64,000 nt of DNA, from contig CBDCSI010000001.1 in NCBI GenBank assembly GCA_965221505.1, forward strand, positions 2,197,835 to 2,261,834, in the 5' to 3' direction. Under the pieces are notes generated by a model. That model was not told the origin of the DNA. It saw only the letters and a list, made by a program, of their open reading frames with translations, and did no database searches. Below, in pieces: positions 47,568 to 57,532 of this stretch (within the stretch, counting starts at the first letter, position 1; every line of letters starts with the position of its first letter). This DNA is from Rhodobacterales bacterium (GTDB taxonomy: Bacteria; Pseudomonadota; Alphaproteobacteria; Rhodobacterales; CAZPXZ01). A program made the position numbers and the translations under genes.

Positions 47568-48353
47568 ATGGAATCCGCCGCCGAGTTTTTCTGGAATGTC
47601 CGGGCGGGAGGCCCGGTGCCGAAAACGATCCCGCCCGAAGCCTCGCCCGGGACGCTCGCCGAAGCCTACCGGGCGCAGGCCGACCTCGTGGACCGCATCC
47701 TCGCCGCAGCCGGCGGCGGCACGCGCGTCGGATACAAGATCGCCTGCACCAGCGTCGCCGCGCAGCGGATGTTGCGCACCGGGCACCCGGTCTATGCGCG
47801 GCTTCTCTCCACCCATGTCTGGCCATCCGGCGCCCGTTTCTCCGCCCGCACGCTTCCGATGCTCGCGGCCGAGCCCGAATTCGCCTTCCGCATCGCGAAG
47901 GACGTTCCGCAGAGCGACGCGTCGTGGGACCGGGAATCGATCCTGCCCTTCGTCGGCGAGATGATGCCGGGGCTGGAGCTGGTCGGACACCGGTTTCCCG
48001 AATGGTCGGCGTATTCCGCCCCGACCCTGGCGGCCGACAACGGCATCAGCCAGGGTTGGGTGTACGGGGCGCCGACCGACGCCTGGCGAGCGCTCGACCT
48101 GGCGGCCCATGCGGTATCGCTGCAGGCGAACGGCGAGCGCCGACTGGACGGTTCCGGCTCGATCGTCCTCGGACACCCGATGAACGCCGTGGCATGGCTG
48201 GCGAACGCGCTCCCGGCGCACGGATTGCGGCTGCGTGAGGGCGACCTCGTCACCACCGGCACCTGCACGGACGTGTATTTCTCCGGCGCAGGCGAGACGG
48301 TGCATGCCGATTTCGGCGTTCTGGGATCGGTCGAATTGACCTTCGACCCGTAG
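47568..48353 (+). CDS. 2-keto-4-pentenoate hydratase-like (MhpD/FAH-fold) protein
   Basis: Tail of track ORF 46083..48353. ATG at 47568 with AAGGGGGAG upstream. Segments read: VGYKIACTS.AAQ..L... and ...GDLVTTGT. Confidence 0.7.
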   Translation: MESAAEFFWNVRAGGPVPKTIPPEASPGTLAEAYRAQADLVDRILAAAGGGTRVGYKIACTSVAAQRMLRTGHPVYARLLSTHVWPSGARFSARTLPMLAAEPEFAFRIAKDVPQSDASWDRESILPFVGEMMPGLELVGHRFPEWSAYSAPTLAADNGISQGWVYGAPTDAWRALDLAAHAVSLQANGERRLDGSGSIVLGHPMNAVAWLANALPAHGLRLREGDLVTTGTCTDVYFSGAGETVHADFGVLGSVELTFDP

Positions 48354-48373
48354 CGCATCCCCGCCCGCTCGCC

Positions 48374-49192
48374 ATGCGCCGCCCCCGGCCGGACACGCGC
48401 CCGACCCCGGCGTCGGAGGCTGCGCGGAGCCTGGCGAGTGCGCAGGATGGGCTGATAGCCGACCTGCAGAGACGCCTCGACCGCGCCTCGGATCCGGACA
48501 CGCGACGCTGGTTCGAAAATTACCTCAAGCACGCGGTCGGCGTTCGCGGCGTTCGGACCCCGGACGTGGAGAGGGTCGTCGCCGAGTGGCAGAGCGACCA
48601 CGGCGTGGCGGAACGGACGCCCGAAGACCGGCTGGAACTCGCCGTCGCATTGATCCGCCAGGCCAAGTGCGAGGACAAGCTCGCCGGAATCCTCCTGATT
48701 CAGAAGCGTCTCCTGCGGCGACTCGACGCCGGCGCGTTGCTGGATGCGGTCGAGCGGCTCTTTCGGGCCGGCGCGATCCGCGACTGGTCCACCAACGACT
48801 GGCTCTGCGCGCGGATCGTCGGCCCGCTGGTCCGCCGCGAGGGATTGCCGGTCGCGGAACGGGTTGCCGGCTGGACCGAGAGTCCCGTGCTCTGGCAGCG
48901 CCGCTCCGCCGCCGTCTCGCTGCGCACGGTCGCGGCGGACGATTCCTTCCGTCCCCTGATCGCGCGCGTGACGGCGGACCTTCTCCGGGAGCGCGAACGG
49001 TTCGTCCAGACGGGCGCCGGCTGGCTGATCGCCGATCTTTCGCGGCATGCGCCGGAGTTCGCGGCGGCGCTCGTGGAGCGGCACTTCGAGCGGTTGACCG
49101 CGGAGGTCGTGCGGCGGCACCTCAAGCGACTTCCCGACTACGAATCGTACAAGGAACGGAAGCGGAAGCGCCCCGGAGGGCCGAGGCCGTAG
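48374..49192 (+). CDS. DNA alkylation repair (AlkD-like HEAT-repeat) family protein
   Basis: Track ORF of 272 aa with ...RRWFENYLKHAVGVRGVRTPDVERV... and ...W..S.N.W..R..., as in the DNA_alkylation family. It starts 20 nt after the preceding gene. Confidence 0.7.
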   Translation: MRRPRPDTRPTPASEAARSLASAQDGLIADLQRRLDRASDPDTRRWFENYLKHAVGVRGVRTPDVERVVAEWQSDHGVAERTPEDRLELAVALIRQAKCEDKLAGILLIQKRLLRRLDAGALLDAVERLFRAGAIRDWSTNDWLCARIVGPLVRREGLPVAERVAGWTESPVLWQRRSAAVSLRTVAADDSFRPLIARVTADLLRERERFVQTGAGWLIADLSRHAPEFAAALVERHFERLTAEVVRRHLKRLPDYESYKERKRKRPGGPRP

Positions 49193-49528
49193 CGGTCGTC
49201 CGAAGCTCCGACGGCCGGCGGGGTCCAGGGATCCCCCGACCGCAGCCGGGGGACCGCGGCGCCGCGAGGATCGGCAGGCCGCGGCGTCGGCCGAATTGAC
49301 CCCGTACCCCAGGCGACCTATGCTTGCCGCCGTCCGGTTCCGGCACCGGATTCCCCCAACTTCGGAACGGCAGTCGGAAAGCGGTCGCCGGAACCCGTCC
49401 GGGTCATGAGGGCCCTCGGTTCGCCGCGTCGGCCCCGGGCGCTTCGACATTGGCAGGCTCCGGCCCCGCGCGCCCAGAGTGCGGCAATACGCCGGTCGCG
49501 CCGTTCCGGACAGAAGGGAGATACGGTC

Positions 49529-49921
49529 ATGATGATGCTTCACACCATGCTGCGGGTCGGCGACCTCGACCGCTCGGTCGACTTCTACACGCGGGTGATC
49601 GGAATGGACCTGCTTCGCACGGTGGAGCGCAAGGACCAGGAGTACGACCTCGCCTTCGTCGCCTTCAACGGCGGCAACGATAACGGCGAGGCGGAGCTGG
49701 AACTGACCTACAATTACGGCGTGTCGGAATACGACCTCGGCAGCGCGTACGGCCACATCGCGCTCGGCGTCGACGACATCGTGGCGACATGCGACCGCAT
49801 CCGCGAAGCGGGCGGCAAGATCACCCGGGAACCCGGCCCGGTCAAGGGCGGCACGACCATGATCGCATTCGTCGAGGATCCCGACGGATACAAGGTGGAA
49901 TTGGTCGAACCCGGCACCTGA
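49529..49921 (+). CDS. gloA: Lactoylglutathione lyase (glyoxalase I)
   Basis: Tail of track ORF 49406..49921. AAGGGAG lies upstream of ATG 49529. Segments read: [27 protein letters not shown] and ...LELTYN.G...Y..G.AYGHIA. Confidence 0.9.
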   Translation: MMMLHTMLRVGDLDRSVDFYTRVIGMDLLRTVERKDQEYDLAFVAFNGGNDNGEAELELTYNYGVSEYDLGSAYGHIALGVDDIVATCDRIREAGGKITREPGPVKGGTTMIAFVEDPDGYKVELVEPGT

Positions 49922-49961
49922 CGAGACAGGAGGCCCGATTGCGGCTGCCGCCCCTCGGGCG

Positions 49962-49978
49962 CCCGCCCCGGGCGGGCA
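49962..49978. terminator. GC hairpin (GCCCGCC-ccg-GGCGGGC) between convergent gloA and acoC
   Basis: Read directly. There is no flanking T/A tract, so its assignment as a bidirectional terminator is tentative. Confidence 0.3.
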
Positions 49979-50017
49979 GGCGCCCCTCGCCCCGTACGCC
50001 GCAGGCGAGCGACTCGC

Positions 50018-51130
50018 TCAGCCCAGGAGCTCGCGAATTGCGTCGTTGACCGCGCCGGACTGCTCCATATGCGGCAGGTGGCCGACGTCCGCCAGGCGAA
50101 CTACGCGCACGGATCCGGGAAGCGCCTCGGCGTGGGACGCCGGGAGGATCTGGTCCTTCTCGCCCCAGATTGCCTGCACCGGAACCTGAAGCGCAGCCAG
50201 GTCCTCGGCCGTAAACGGCTGCTGACGTCCGCCGGGGAACAACCCGTCACGCAACCGACCGAGCGCCGCCGCGGCTCCGTCGAGGCGCTTGAAGCGGACG
50301 ACTTCCTCGATCATCTCGCCCGTGATCAGCCCCGGGTCCGCGACCAGCAGCTCCAGCACGCCGCGCAGCTTGCGCGCGCGAGACTGCGTGATAAACCCCT
50401 CGATAAAGACCATATTGATTTCCGGACCGAGTCCGGCGGGCGCCAGCAAGGTGGCGCTCGCGACCCGCTCCGGACGGTTCAGCGCCAGCGAGAGCGCGAC
50501 GGCTCCGCCCATCGAGTGTCCGACGAGATGCGCCCGTTCGATGCCGGCCGCCTCCAGAAAATCGGCGACCGCGTCCGCGAGAGAAGAGACGGTCCCGTCG
50601 CCCACGTCCTTGGTCGAGCCGCCGTGCCCGGGCAGGTCGATCGCGTAGGTCGTGTGCGTCTCGGCCAGCGCGCCCTGATTGAACATCCAGCCGAGACGGT
50701 CGCCGCCGAAGCCGTGAACGAATACGACGGGCGTGCCGTCCGCGTCGCCCTGCCGAACGTACTGTATCCGCCGTCCGCCGGCTTCGATCGTCTCGTCCGG
50801 AGGGCCGGTATCGGCCGCCACCGCTTCGAAATCGAAATTGTCCAGGAAGTCCTGCACGTACGCTTCCACGGCATCGTCCGACACGTCCTGCCCGGCGAGC
50901 ACGCCCAGCAGCGCCCCGACCGGAACCGTCTCGCCGTCCGACACGACGATCCGGCGCAACGGGCCGGAAGCGGGAGACTCGTGCGCGCTGGCGATTTTCG
51001 ACGTCTCGATCTCCAGGATCTCCTGGCCCTCGTTCACGTCGTCGCCGACCGTCGCCTCCCAGGAGACAACCGTACCTTCCTGCATCGCCAGCCCCCATTT
51101 GGGCATGACGATGGGATGGATCTCGCCCAT
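50018..51130 (-). CDS. acoC: AcoC-type E2: lipoyl domain fused to an alpha/beta-hydrolase fold
   Basis: Track ORF 50018..51181. I place the start at MGEIHPIVMPKWGLAMQEG (comp. 51130), with GAGGAGG 6 nt upstream. It has the lipoyl motif EIETSKI followed by ...VFVHGFGGD... and GHSMGG. Confidence 0.85.
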   Translation of the reverse strand: MGEIHPIVMPKWGLAMQEGTVVSWEATVGDDVNEGQEILEIETSKIASAHESPASGPLRRIVVSDGETVPVGALLGVLAGQDVSDDAVEAYVQDFLDNFDFEAVAADTGPPDETIEAGGRRIQYVRQGDADGTPVVFVHGFGGDRLGWMFNQGALAETHTTYAIDLPGHGGSTKDVGDGTVSSLADAVADFLEAAGIERAHLVGHSMGGAVALSLALNRPERVASATLLAPAGLGPEINMVFIEGFITQSRARKLRGVLELLVADPGLITGEMIEEVVRFKRLDGAAAALGRLRDGLFPGGRQQPFTAEDLAALQVPVQAIWGEKDQILPASHAEALPGSVRVVRLADVGHLPHMEQSGAVNDAIRELLG

Positions 51131-51185
51131 CGCGTCCTCCTCGCTGCAATTCGGAAAGCGCCGCGCCCGAAGGCGCGGCAACGCG

Positions 51186-52199
51186 TCAGTTGACCCTTCC
51201 GACCAGTTCGCGCGCGACCGCCTCTATGCGGTCGACGCCAGGGATATACATGTCTTCGAGAACGGGGGAGAACGGAACCGGGGCGTGCGGCCCGGTGACC
51301 CGCCGGATCGGCGCCTTGAGGTCGTCGAAGCAATTCTCGCAGATCAGCGCCGAGATGTCGGTGGCCATGTTGCAGCGGGGATGCGCCTCGTCGATCACGA
51401 CGACCCGCCCGGTCTCTGCGGCGGTCTCCAGAATGGTCTCCTCGTCCAGCGGCGAGGTGGTTCTGGGATCGACCACCGTGCAGGAGATCCCGGACCGGCC
51501 CAGATTGTCCGCCGCCTCGTTGGCGAAATTGACCATCCGGCCGAGCGCGATCATGGTGACGTCGTCCCCTTCGCGGGTGACGTTCGCCTCGCCGAACGGA
51601 ATGGCGTACGGCTCGTCCGGCACCTCCGTCTCGTCGTCGTACATGACCTTGTGCTCGAAGAAGATCACCGGATCGTCGTCGCGGATCGACTGGATCAGCA
51701 ATCCTTTCGCCTCGTAGGCGTTGGACGGAATGGCGACCTTCAGTCCGGGGATGTGGGTGAAGATGGGATACAGGCACTGGCTGTGCTGCGAAGCGGCGCG
51801 GAAACCCGCGCCGTACATGGTGCGCACGACCAGCGGCGTCGTCGCGCGGCCGCCGAACATGTAGCGGAACTTTGCCGCCTGGTTGAAGATCTGGTCGAAG
51901 CACACGCCCATGAAGTCGACGAACATCAGCTCGGCGACCGGTCGCATTCCGTATACCGCGGCGCCTGCCGCCGCGCCGATGAACGCGCTCTCGCTGATCG
52001 GCGTATCGAGCACCCGGTCGCGGCCGAATTGCGACATCAGGCCCTTGGTCACGCCGAGCGGACCGCCCCAGGCGTCGTCCTCGCCGGGCGCGCCGAGGCC
52101 GCCGGCCACGTCCTCGCCCATCACGATCACCCGCTCGTCGCGTTCCATCTCCTGGCGCAGCGCCTCGTTGATCGCGGCGCGAAAACTCTTGGTCGACAT
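51186..52199 (-). CDS. acoB: Thiamine-diphosphate-dependent dehydrogenase E1 beta subunit (AcoB-like)
   Basis: Track ORF of 337 aa with ...VMGEDV...GG....T.GL...FG..RV.DTPISE.... Confidence 0.9.
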   Translation of the reverse strand: MSTKSFRAAINEALRQEMERDERVIVMGEDVAGGLGAPGEDDAWGGPLGVTKGLMSQFGRDRVLDTPISESAFIGAAAGAAVYGMRPVAELMFVDFMGVCFDQIFNQAAKFRYMFGGRATTPLVVRTMYGAGFRAASQHSQCLYPIFTHIPGLKVAIPSNAYEAKGLLIQSIRDDDPVIFFEHKVMYDDETEVPDEPYAIPFGEANVTREGDDVTMIALGRMVNFANEAADNLGRSGISCTVVDPRTTSPLDEETILETAAETGRVVVIDEAHPRCNMATDISALICENCFDDLKAPIRRVTGPHAPVPFSPVLEDMYIPGVDRIEAVARELVGRVN

Positions 52200-52215
52200 G
52201 TCGTATCCCTCCCCG

Positions 52216-53187
52216 CTATGCGGCGTATTTGACGTAGACGTCGGTCAGGAGATCCGACGCTCCGGGCGCGTCCGCTCCCTTGGCGGAACGGACGCAATTG
52301 GCGATTTCCTCGCCGGCTTCGCGATCGATGGATTCCAGCTCGTCCGCTTCCAGCAGGCCGGTCTCGGTCACGCGCCTGCGGAACAGGTCGAGCGGATCTC
52401 GGGAAGACTTCACTTCCTCGACCTCTTCCGGCGTCCGGTACGTCGTCGCGTCTCCCTCGAAATGGCCGTAGTAGCGATACAGGCGCATATGCAGGAGCGA
52501 CGGACCGCCGCCAGAGCGCGCCCGCTCGATCGCCTCGCGCGCCGCTTCCCAGACCGCGAAGAAGTCGTGCCCGTCGACCTCGGTCGCCGGCATGCCGAAT
52601 CCCTGCGCCCGTCCGACCTGAGTGCCGCCGACGGACCATGCGCTGGCCGTGGACTCGGCGTACTGGTTGTCCTCCACGACGAAGATCACCGGCAGGTCCC
52701 AGACCTTCGCCAGGTTGTAGCTCTCGAAGGTAGTTCCCTGGTTCGAACCCCCGTCCCCGACGAACACGATGGCGACGCCGCCGGTCTTCTGCAGCTTGGC
52801 GCTGAGCGCGGCGCCGCAGATCAGCGGCGGGCCGCCGCCGACGATGCCGTTGGCGCCCATCATGCCCTTGGACAGGTCCGCGATGTGCATGGATCCGCCC
52901 TTGCCGCCGCACAGCCCGTCCCGCTTGCCGAAGATCTCCAGCATCATGGCTTCGGTATCGCATCCCTTGGCGATGCAGTGACCGTGTCCCCTGTGCGTGG
53001 AAGCGATGGCGTCCCGATCGTCCAGGTGCATGCAGACGCCGACGCCCGAGGCCTCCTCGCCGGCGTAGAGATGCACGAAGCCGGGAATGTTCCCGGCGGC
53101 GAACTCCTCGTGTACGGTGTCCTCGAAACGCCGGATCAGGCACATGCGCCGATAGGCGGCTCTGAGATCGTCGCGGCTTAACTGCAT
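52216..53187 (-). CDS. acoA: Thiamine-diphosphate-dependent dehydrogenase E1 alpha subunit (AcoA-like)
   Basis: Track ORF 52216..53346. I place the start at MQLSRDDLRAAYRRM (comp. 53187), with GAGGGGGAG upstream. Segments read: ...YRGHGH... and the GDGGSNQG TPP motif. Confidence 0.9.
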   Translation of the reverse strand: MQLSRDDLRAAYRRMCLIRRFEDTVHEEFAAGNIPGFVHLYAGEEASGVGVCMHLDDRDAIASTHRGHGHCIAKGCDTEAMMLEIFGKRDGLCGGKGGSMHIADLSKGMMGANGIVGGGPPLICGAALSAKLQKTGGVAIVFVGDGGSNQGTTFESYNLAKVWDLPVIFVVEDNQYAESTASAWSVGGTQVGRAQGFGMPATEVDGHDFFAVWEAAREAIERARSGGGPSLLHMRLYRYYGHFEGDATTYRTPEEVEEVKSSRDPLDLFRRRVTETGLLEADELESIDREAGEEIANCVRSAKGADAPGASDLLTDVYVKYAA

Positions 53188-53492
53188 GGGTCGCTCCCCC
53201 TCAACAAGCGGACTGCGTACGGCGGAGTCCTGCGATCCCTCGTCCCGGGTGCCGGGCGAGCGCAGACTGGCGCACCCGTTCCGTTCTCGCCGGGCTCGCC
53301 TCCCCCGCACGAGCCGAAAATATGCAGTCCCGCGCCCGCTTGTCAAACCGGCGCCTCGGCGGGACCGTCGCCTGCGACGGCCGATCGGAGTCCGGCCGGC
53401 TCGGATACCGTCGCCGGACAGAAACTGCTACCGTGCTCCGCGCGAGCCGCCCGCCGGACGTTCGAGGCCGCCCCAGGGAGTTCTCGTGCGCG

Positions 53493-54278
53493 ATGCCCGA
53501 ACACCTCGACATCGAAGACTGCCCGCCGCTGCGCCGGATCTGGATCGATCGGCCCAAGGTCCGCAACGCGCTCCGACCCGGTCTCGTCGCGGAATTGCGG
53601 CAGGCGTTCGAAACCGCCGCTTCGGCGCCAGGCGTTCGCGCCGTCGTGCTGGGCGGTCGCGGGCCGGCGTTCAGCGCAGGCGCCGACCTCGGCTGGATGC
53701 GGGAAGCGGCGGGCTATTCCGACGCCGAAAACCGCGCCGACGCGGCGGCGCTGGCCGACATGCTCGCGAGCGTTCGCCGCTGCCCGCGCCCGGTCGTCGC
53801 TCGGGTTCACGGCCCCGCCGTCGGCGGCGGCGTGGGACTGGTCGCCGCGTGCGACATGGCGGTCGCCGCCGAAGGCGCCTGGTTTCAGTTGTCGGAGGTT
53901 CGCCTCGGTCTCGTACCCGCCGTGATTCTGCCCTACGTGACGGAGGCGCTCGGTCCCCGCCGAACGCGGCAGGCCATGCTGAGCGCAGAGCGCTTCGGCG
54001 CGCGCGACGCCGCCGCGTGGGGTCTGGTCAACGAAACGGTTTCGCAGGACGCGCTCGACGCCCGCATCGACGCCCTCGCCGCCGGCGTCTGCCGGGGCGG
54101 TCCGGACGCGGTCGCCGCGGCGAAGGCGCTCGCCGACCGAATCGGCGGCCGTCCGGTCGACGCCTCCGTGCGAGCCGAGACGGCGGACCGGATTGCCCAG
54201 ATCCGCGCAACGGACGAAGCGAAAGAGGGAATGGCGGCGTTCTTCGAGCGGCGGCCCCCGCGCTGGACCGGGCCATGA
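53493..54278 (+). CDS. Enoyl-CoA hydratase (methylglutaconyl-CoA hydratase-like)
   Basis: Track ORF 53322..54278. I place the start at MPEHLDIEDCPPL (ATG 53493). Crotonase-fold motifs: ...RNAL... and ...FSAGADL....G.A.GGG. Confidence 0.85.
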   Translation: MPEHLDIEDCPPLRRIWIDRPKVRNALRPGLVAELRQAFETAASAPGVRAVVLGGRGPAFSAGADLGWMREAAGYSDAENRADAAALADMLASVRRCPRPVVARVHGPAVGGGVGLVAACDMAVAAEGAWFQLSEVRLGLVPAVILPYVTEALGPRRTRQAMLSAERFGARDAAAWGLVNETVSQDALDARIDALAAGVCRGGPDAVAAAKALADRIGGRPVDASVRAETADRIAQIRATDEAKEGMAAFFERRPPRWTGP

Positions 54279-56329
54279 TCCGGAAAATCCTGGTGGCGAA
54301 CCGGGGCGAAATCGCCTGCCGGGTGTTTCGTACCGCCCGCCGGATGGGCATTCGAACCGTGGCGGTATGGTCCGACGCCGACCGCGGCGCACTGCACGTG
54401 CGAAGCGCCGACGAGGCGTTCCGGATCGGTCCCGCACCGGCTTCGGACAGCTATCTGAACGTGCCCGCAATCCTGCGGGCGCTCGCGTCGAGCGGTGCGG
54501 ACGCCGTCCATCCCGGATACGGATTCCTGTCGGAGAACCCCGAGTTCGCCGAGGCGACGGCGGCTGCCGGCGCGACGTTCGTCGGACCGTCCCCGGAAGC
54601 GATGCGCGCGGTCGGCGACAAGCGGGAGGCGAGGCGGCGGATGCGGCGCGCCGGCGTCCCGGTCGTGCCCGGCGCCGAGGACGTCGACGACCTCGCCTCG
54701 CTTCGGGAAGCGGCGCGCGAGACCGGGTTTCCGCTCATGATCAAGGCCGCCGCCGGCGGCGGCGGACGCGGAATGCGGCGGGTCGAACGCCCGTCCGAAC
54801 TCGAGGCCGCCTACGAGGCATGCCGGCGCGAAGCGCAGGCGGCGTTCGGAGACGACCGCCTCCTGGCGGAGCGCTGCATCGACGCCGCCCGCCATGTCGA
54901 GGTGCAGATTCTCGCCGATTCCCGCGGCGAGACCGTCCACCTGTTGCATCGGGATTGCTCGGCCCAGCGCAAGCACCAGAAAATGCTGGAAGAGGCCCCC
55001 GCACCCGGTCTCGACCCGGACCTGAGCGAGCGCATCTGCGCCACCGCCGTCAGCGCCGCGCGAGCCGTCGGCTATCTCGGGGCGGGAACGGTGGAGTTCC
55101 TGGTGCCGGCCTCCGGCGACGCGTTCTATTTCCTCGAGATCAACGCGCGACTCCAGGTCGAACATCCGGTCACGGAGGCCATTACGGGCATGGATCTCGT
55201 GGAGTGGCAGATCCGCATCGCGAACGGCGAACCCCTTCCCGGCGACGCCCAGCCGGTCGGCGCCGACGGCCACGCCATCGAGGCGCGATTCTGTGCCGAA
55301 GATCCGGACAAGGGGTTTATGCCGGCCCCCGGACGCATCCTGCGGCTCTCGTTTCCCGAGGACCGGCGGGATCTCCGTATCGACACGGGCGTCGAGGACG
55401 GCGACCGCATTCCGCCGGAATACGACTCCATGATCGCCAAGATCGTCGCCCATGGCGAGACGCGCGAAGCGGCGCGCAGGCGGCTGGTCGAGGCGCTGGC
55501 GGCGACCTGGAGCTGGGCGCCGGCGACCAACGCCGAGTTCCTGCTTTCGCTGGCGGAATCGGCGGAGTTTCGAGACGGAACCGTCACGACGGACCTGATC
55601 GAGCGGATGCTGGCGGAACCTTCGTCAACCGGTCCGTCGCCGGAACCTGAGGCCCTGGTCGCCGCCGCGCTGGAAGCGCACCGGACGCGATCGCGGCGCC
55701 GGCCGGGCGGGCGGGCGAAGGGATCGGGAGCCGGATTCTCGCCCTTTTCCGCCGACGACGGCTGGCGCCTGGCCGGACCGGCGGAGTTGGCACAGAAGCT
55801 GCGAACGGGCGAGGAGGAATTCGAAGTGCGTTTCCGGCGTGACAGCGCCGCTCCGGCCGATGTCCCGGTATGGACCGCCCGCATCGGGAGCGACGGCCGA
55901 GCGATCGTCGCCCGGAATCCCGCGCCCGGTCTCTACGAAGTAGAATCCGTGGACGGCGACGCCTCGCGGTCCGTCCGGGTGGAAACCGTGGACGACGCCG
56001 GAACGGGATGGGTCGCGTTTCGGGATCTGCGCCGCTGGCGCTTCGCGCCCGTCGCGGATTCGGTTTCGGAAACGGGCGGGCGATCCCTGGGCGACGCCTT
56101 CCGCGCGCCCCTTCCCGGACACGTGCTCCGCCGGCATGTGGAGGAGGGCGATCGGGTGCGGGCAGGCGACAAGCTGGTGACGGTGGAAGCGATGAAGACC
56201 GAGCATGCCGTACTTGCGCCGGCCGCGGGTCGGGTCGTCGAGTTTCGCCACGCGGTCGGCGACCGCGTATCCGAAGGGGAAACGTTGCTCACCTTCGAAT
56301 TCGAAGACGCCGGGGAAGCGACTGCGTAG
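54275..56329 (+). CDS. mccA: Methylcrotonyl-CoA carboxylase biotin-carboxylase/BCCP (alpha) subunit
   Basis: Tail of track ORF 53186..56329. The ATG overlaps the hydratase TGA (ATGA at 54275-54278). It has MIRKILVANRGEIACRV, the ATP-grasp core and the C-terminal biotinyl motif EAMKTE. Confidence 0.9.
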   Translation: MIRKILVANRGEIACRVFRTARRMGIRTVAVWSDADRGALHVRSADEAFRIGPAPASDSYLNVPAILRALASSGADAVHPGYGFLSENPEFAEATAAAGATFVGPSPEAMRAVGDKREARRRMRRAGVPVVPGAEDVDDLASLREAARETGFPLMIKAAAGGGGRGMRRVERPSELEAAYEACRREAQAAFGDDRLLAERCIDAARHVEVQILADSRGETVHLLHRDCSAQRKHQKMLEEAPAPGLDPDLSERICATAVSAARAVGYLGAGTVEFLVPASGDAFYFLEINARLQVEHPVTEAITGMDLVEWQIRIANGEPLPGDAQPVGADGHAIEARFCAEDPDKGFMPAPGRILRLSFPEDRRDLRIDTGVEDGDRIPPEYDSMIAKIVAHGETREAARRRLVEALAATWSWAPATNAEFLLSLAESAEFRDGTVTTDLIERMLAEPSSTGPSPEPEALVAAALEAHRTRSRRRPGGRAKGSGAGFSPFSADDGWRLAGPAELAQKLRTGEEEFEVRFRRDSAAPADVPVWTARIGSDGRAIVARNPAPGLYEVESVDGDASRSVRVETVDDAGTGWVAFRDLRRWRFAPVADSVSETGGRSLGDAFRAPLPGHVLRRHVEEGDRVRAGDKLVTVEAMKTEHAVLAPAAGRVVEFRHAVGDRVSEGETLLTFEFEDAGEATA

Positions 56330-56374
56330 CCGCGCTGCCCTCGCCTTGCGGCGGCGGGAATTTCGGAGAGTTTC

Positions 56375-57118
56375 ATGGGCGCAACGGAAGTCGGTTTCCT
56401 TGCTGCGTTCGCCGGCGGCGCGCTCAGTTTCCTGTCGCCCTGCGTCCTGCCGCTGGTGCCGCCCTATCTCGCGTATCTCGCCGCCACCGGCGTAAACGAG
56501 ATTCAGGGCGAAACGGCGACGCTCGCGCCGAACCGGCCGCGCGTTCTCCTCTGTGCGCTCGGATTCGTGCTGGGGCTCGGCACGGTGTTCGTCGGACTCG
56601 GCGCCACGGCCTCCGCGTTCGGCAGCTGGCTCGCCGCGCACCGCTACCTCCTCGGCCAGATTTCGGGTGCGGTGATCATTCTGTTCGGACTTCACTTTCT
56701 GGGCGTATTCCGGATCGGCTTCCTACATCGCGACGTACGGTTTGCGACGAACCGTGCCACCGGCGGTCCGATCGGCGCCTACGTCATGGGACTCGCGTTC
56801 GCGTTCGGTTGGACGCCCTGCATCGGCCCCATCCTGGCGAGCATCCTGTTCGTGGCCGCACAGCAGGACGCGGTAGACCAGGCGGTCCTCCTGCTCACGT
56901 TCTACGCGGCCGGCCTCGGAGTTCCGTTTGTCGTCGCGGCCGCCTTCGTCGGCCCGTTCCAGCGATTCCTGATTCGGGTCCGCCCCCATCTGCGCCTGAT
57001 CGAGGCAGCCATGGGGCTCTTTCTGATCGGCGTCGGCGTCGCGTTCCTGACCGGGGTGTTCTCCGAGGCGGCTTTCTGGCTATTGGAGGCTTTTCCCGCG
57101 CTCGGACGAATCGGCTGA
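56375..57118 (+). CDS. ccdA: Cytochrome c biogenesis/thiol-disulfide transfer membrane protein CcdA (DsbD-core family)
   Basis: Track ORF of 247 aa with ...GALSFLSPCVLPLVPPYL... and ...GWTPCIGPIL.... Confidence 0.85.
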   Translation: MGATEVGFLAAFAGGALSFLSPCVLPLVPPYLAYLAATGVNEIQGETATLAPNRPRVLLCALGFVLGLGTVFVGLGATASAFGSWLAAHRYLLGQISGAVIILFGLHFLGVFRIGFLHRDVRFATNRATGGPIGAYVMGLAFAFGWTPCIGPILASILFVAAQQDAVDQAVLLLTFYAAGLGVPFVVAAAFVGPFQRFLIRVRPHLRLIEAAMGLFLIGVGVAFLTGVFSEAAFWLLEAFPALGRIG

Positions 57119-57250
57119 ACCGTACGCTGCGTCGCCGACGCGGCAGCGATCCCCTCCGTGGCCTCCGGCGGCGAACGAAGCGCATGGCCAACGCCGCATC
57201 GGCAGGCATCCGACGAGGCGCGACGGCATGCCCGAACCTGCGGGAGCGGA

Positions 57251-57532
57251 TCAGCGAACCGAAGACCGATCGCTGCCGGCCCAATGCCGATACAATTTCT
57301 CGGAACGCTCGGCGTCGAGAAGTTCCACGGCCCACTCGTTCAACTGCTCGGGCGCCGCTGCCCTGACCTTGGCCGCGACCGTCCTCGGCAGCGTCCCGAA
57401 GCGACCCTTCAGGATCGCGAAGAAAATCTGAAGTCGTCCGTTTCTCTCGCCCTCGGCCCATCCCTTCGCCCATCCCTCGGCCCAGCCTCTGCGCATGCTC
57501 TTCCGTTCGATCCGTTGACGATAGCTTTTCAC
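57251..57532 (-). CDS. Orphan DUF4351-like (Rpn C-terminal domain-like) small protein, 93 aa if started at the GTG
   Basis: Tail of track ORF 57251..58237: VKSYRQRIERKSMRRGWAEGWAKGWAEGERNGRLQIFFAILKGRFGTLPRTVAAKVRAAAPEQLNEWAVELLDAERSEKL.... GTG (comp. 57532) has GAGGAG 9 nt upstream; an alternative ATG lies at comp. 57496. The start is uncertain. Confidence 0.5.
   Translation of the reverse strand: MKSYRQRIERKSMRRGWAEGWAKGWAEGERNGRLQIFFAILKGRFGTLPRTVAAKVRAAAPEQLNEWAVELLDAERSEKLYRHWAGSDRSSVR
57452..57487. repeat. 3 x 12-bp tandem repeat encoding (GWAE/GWAK)3
   Basis: Units read directly: ctcggcccatcc / cttcgcccatcc / ctcggcccagcc. Confidence 0.85.
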
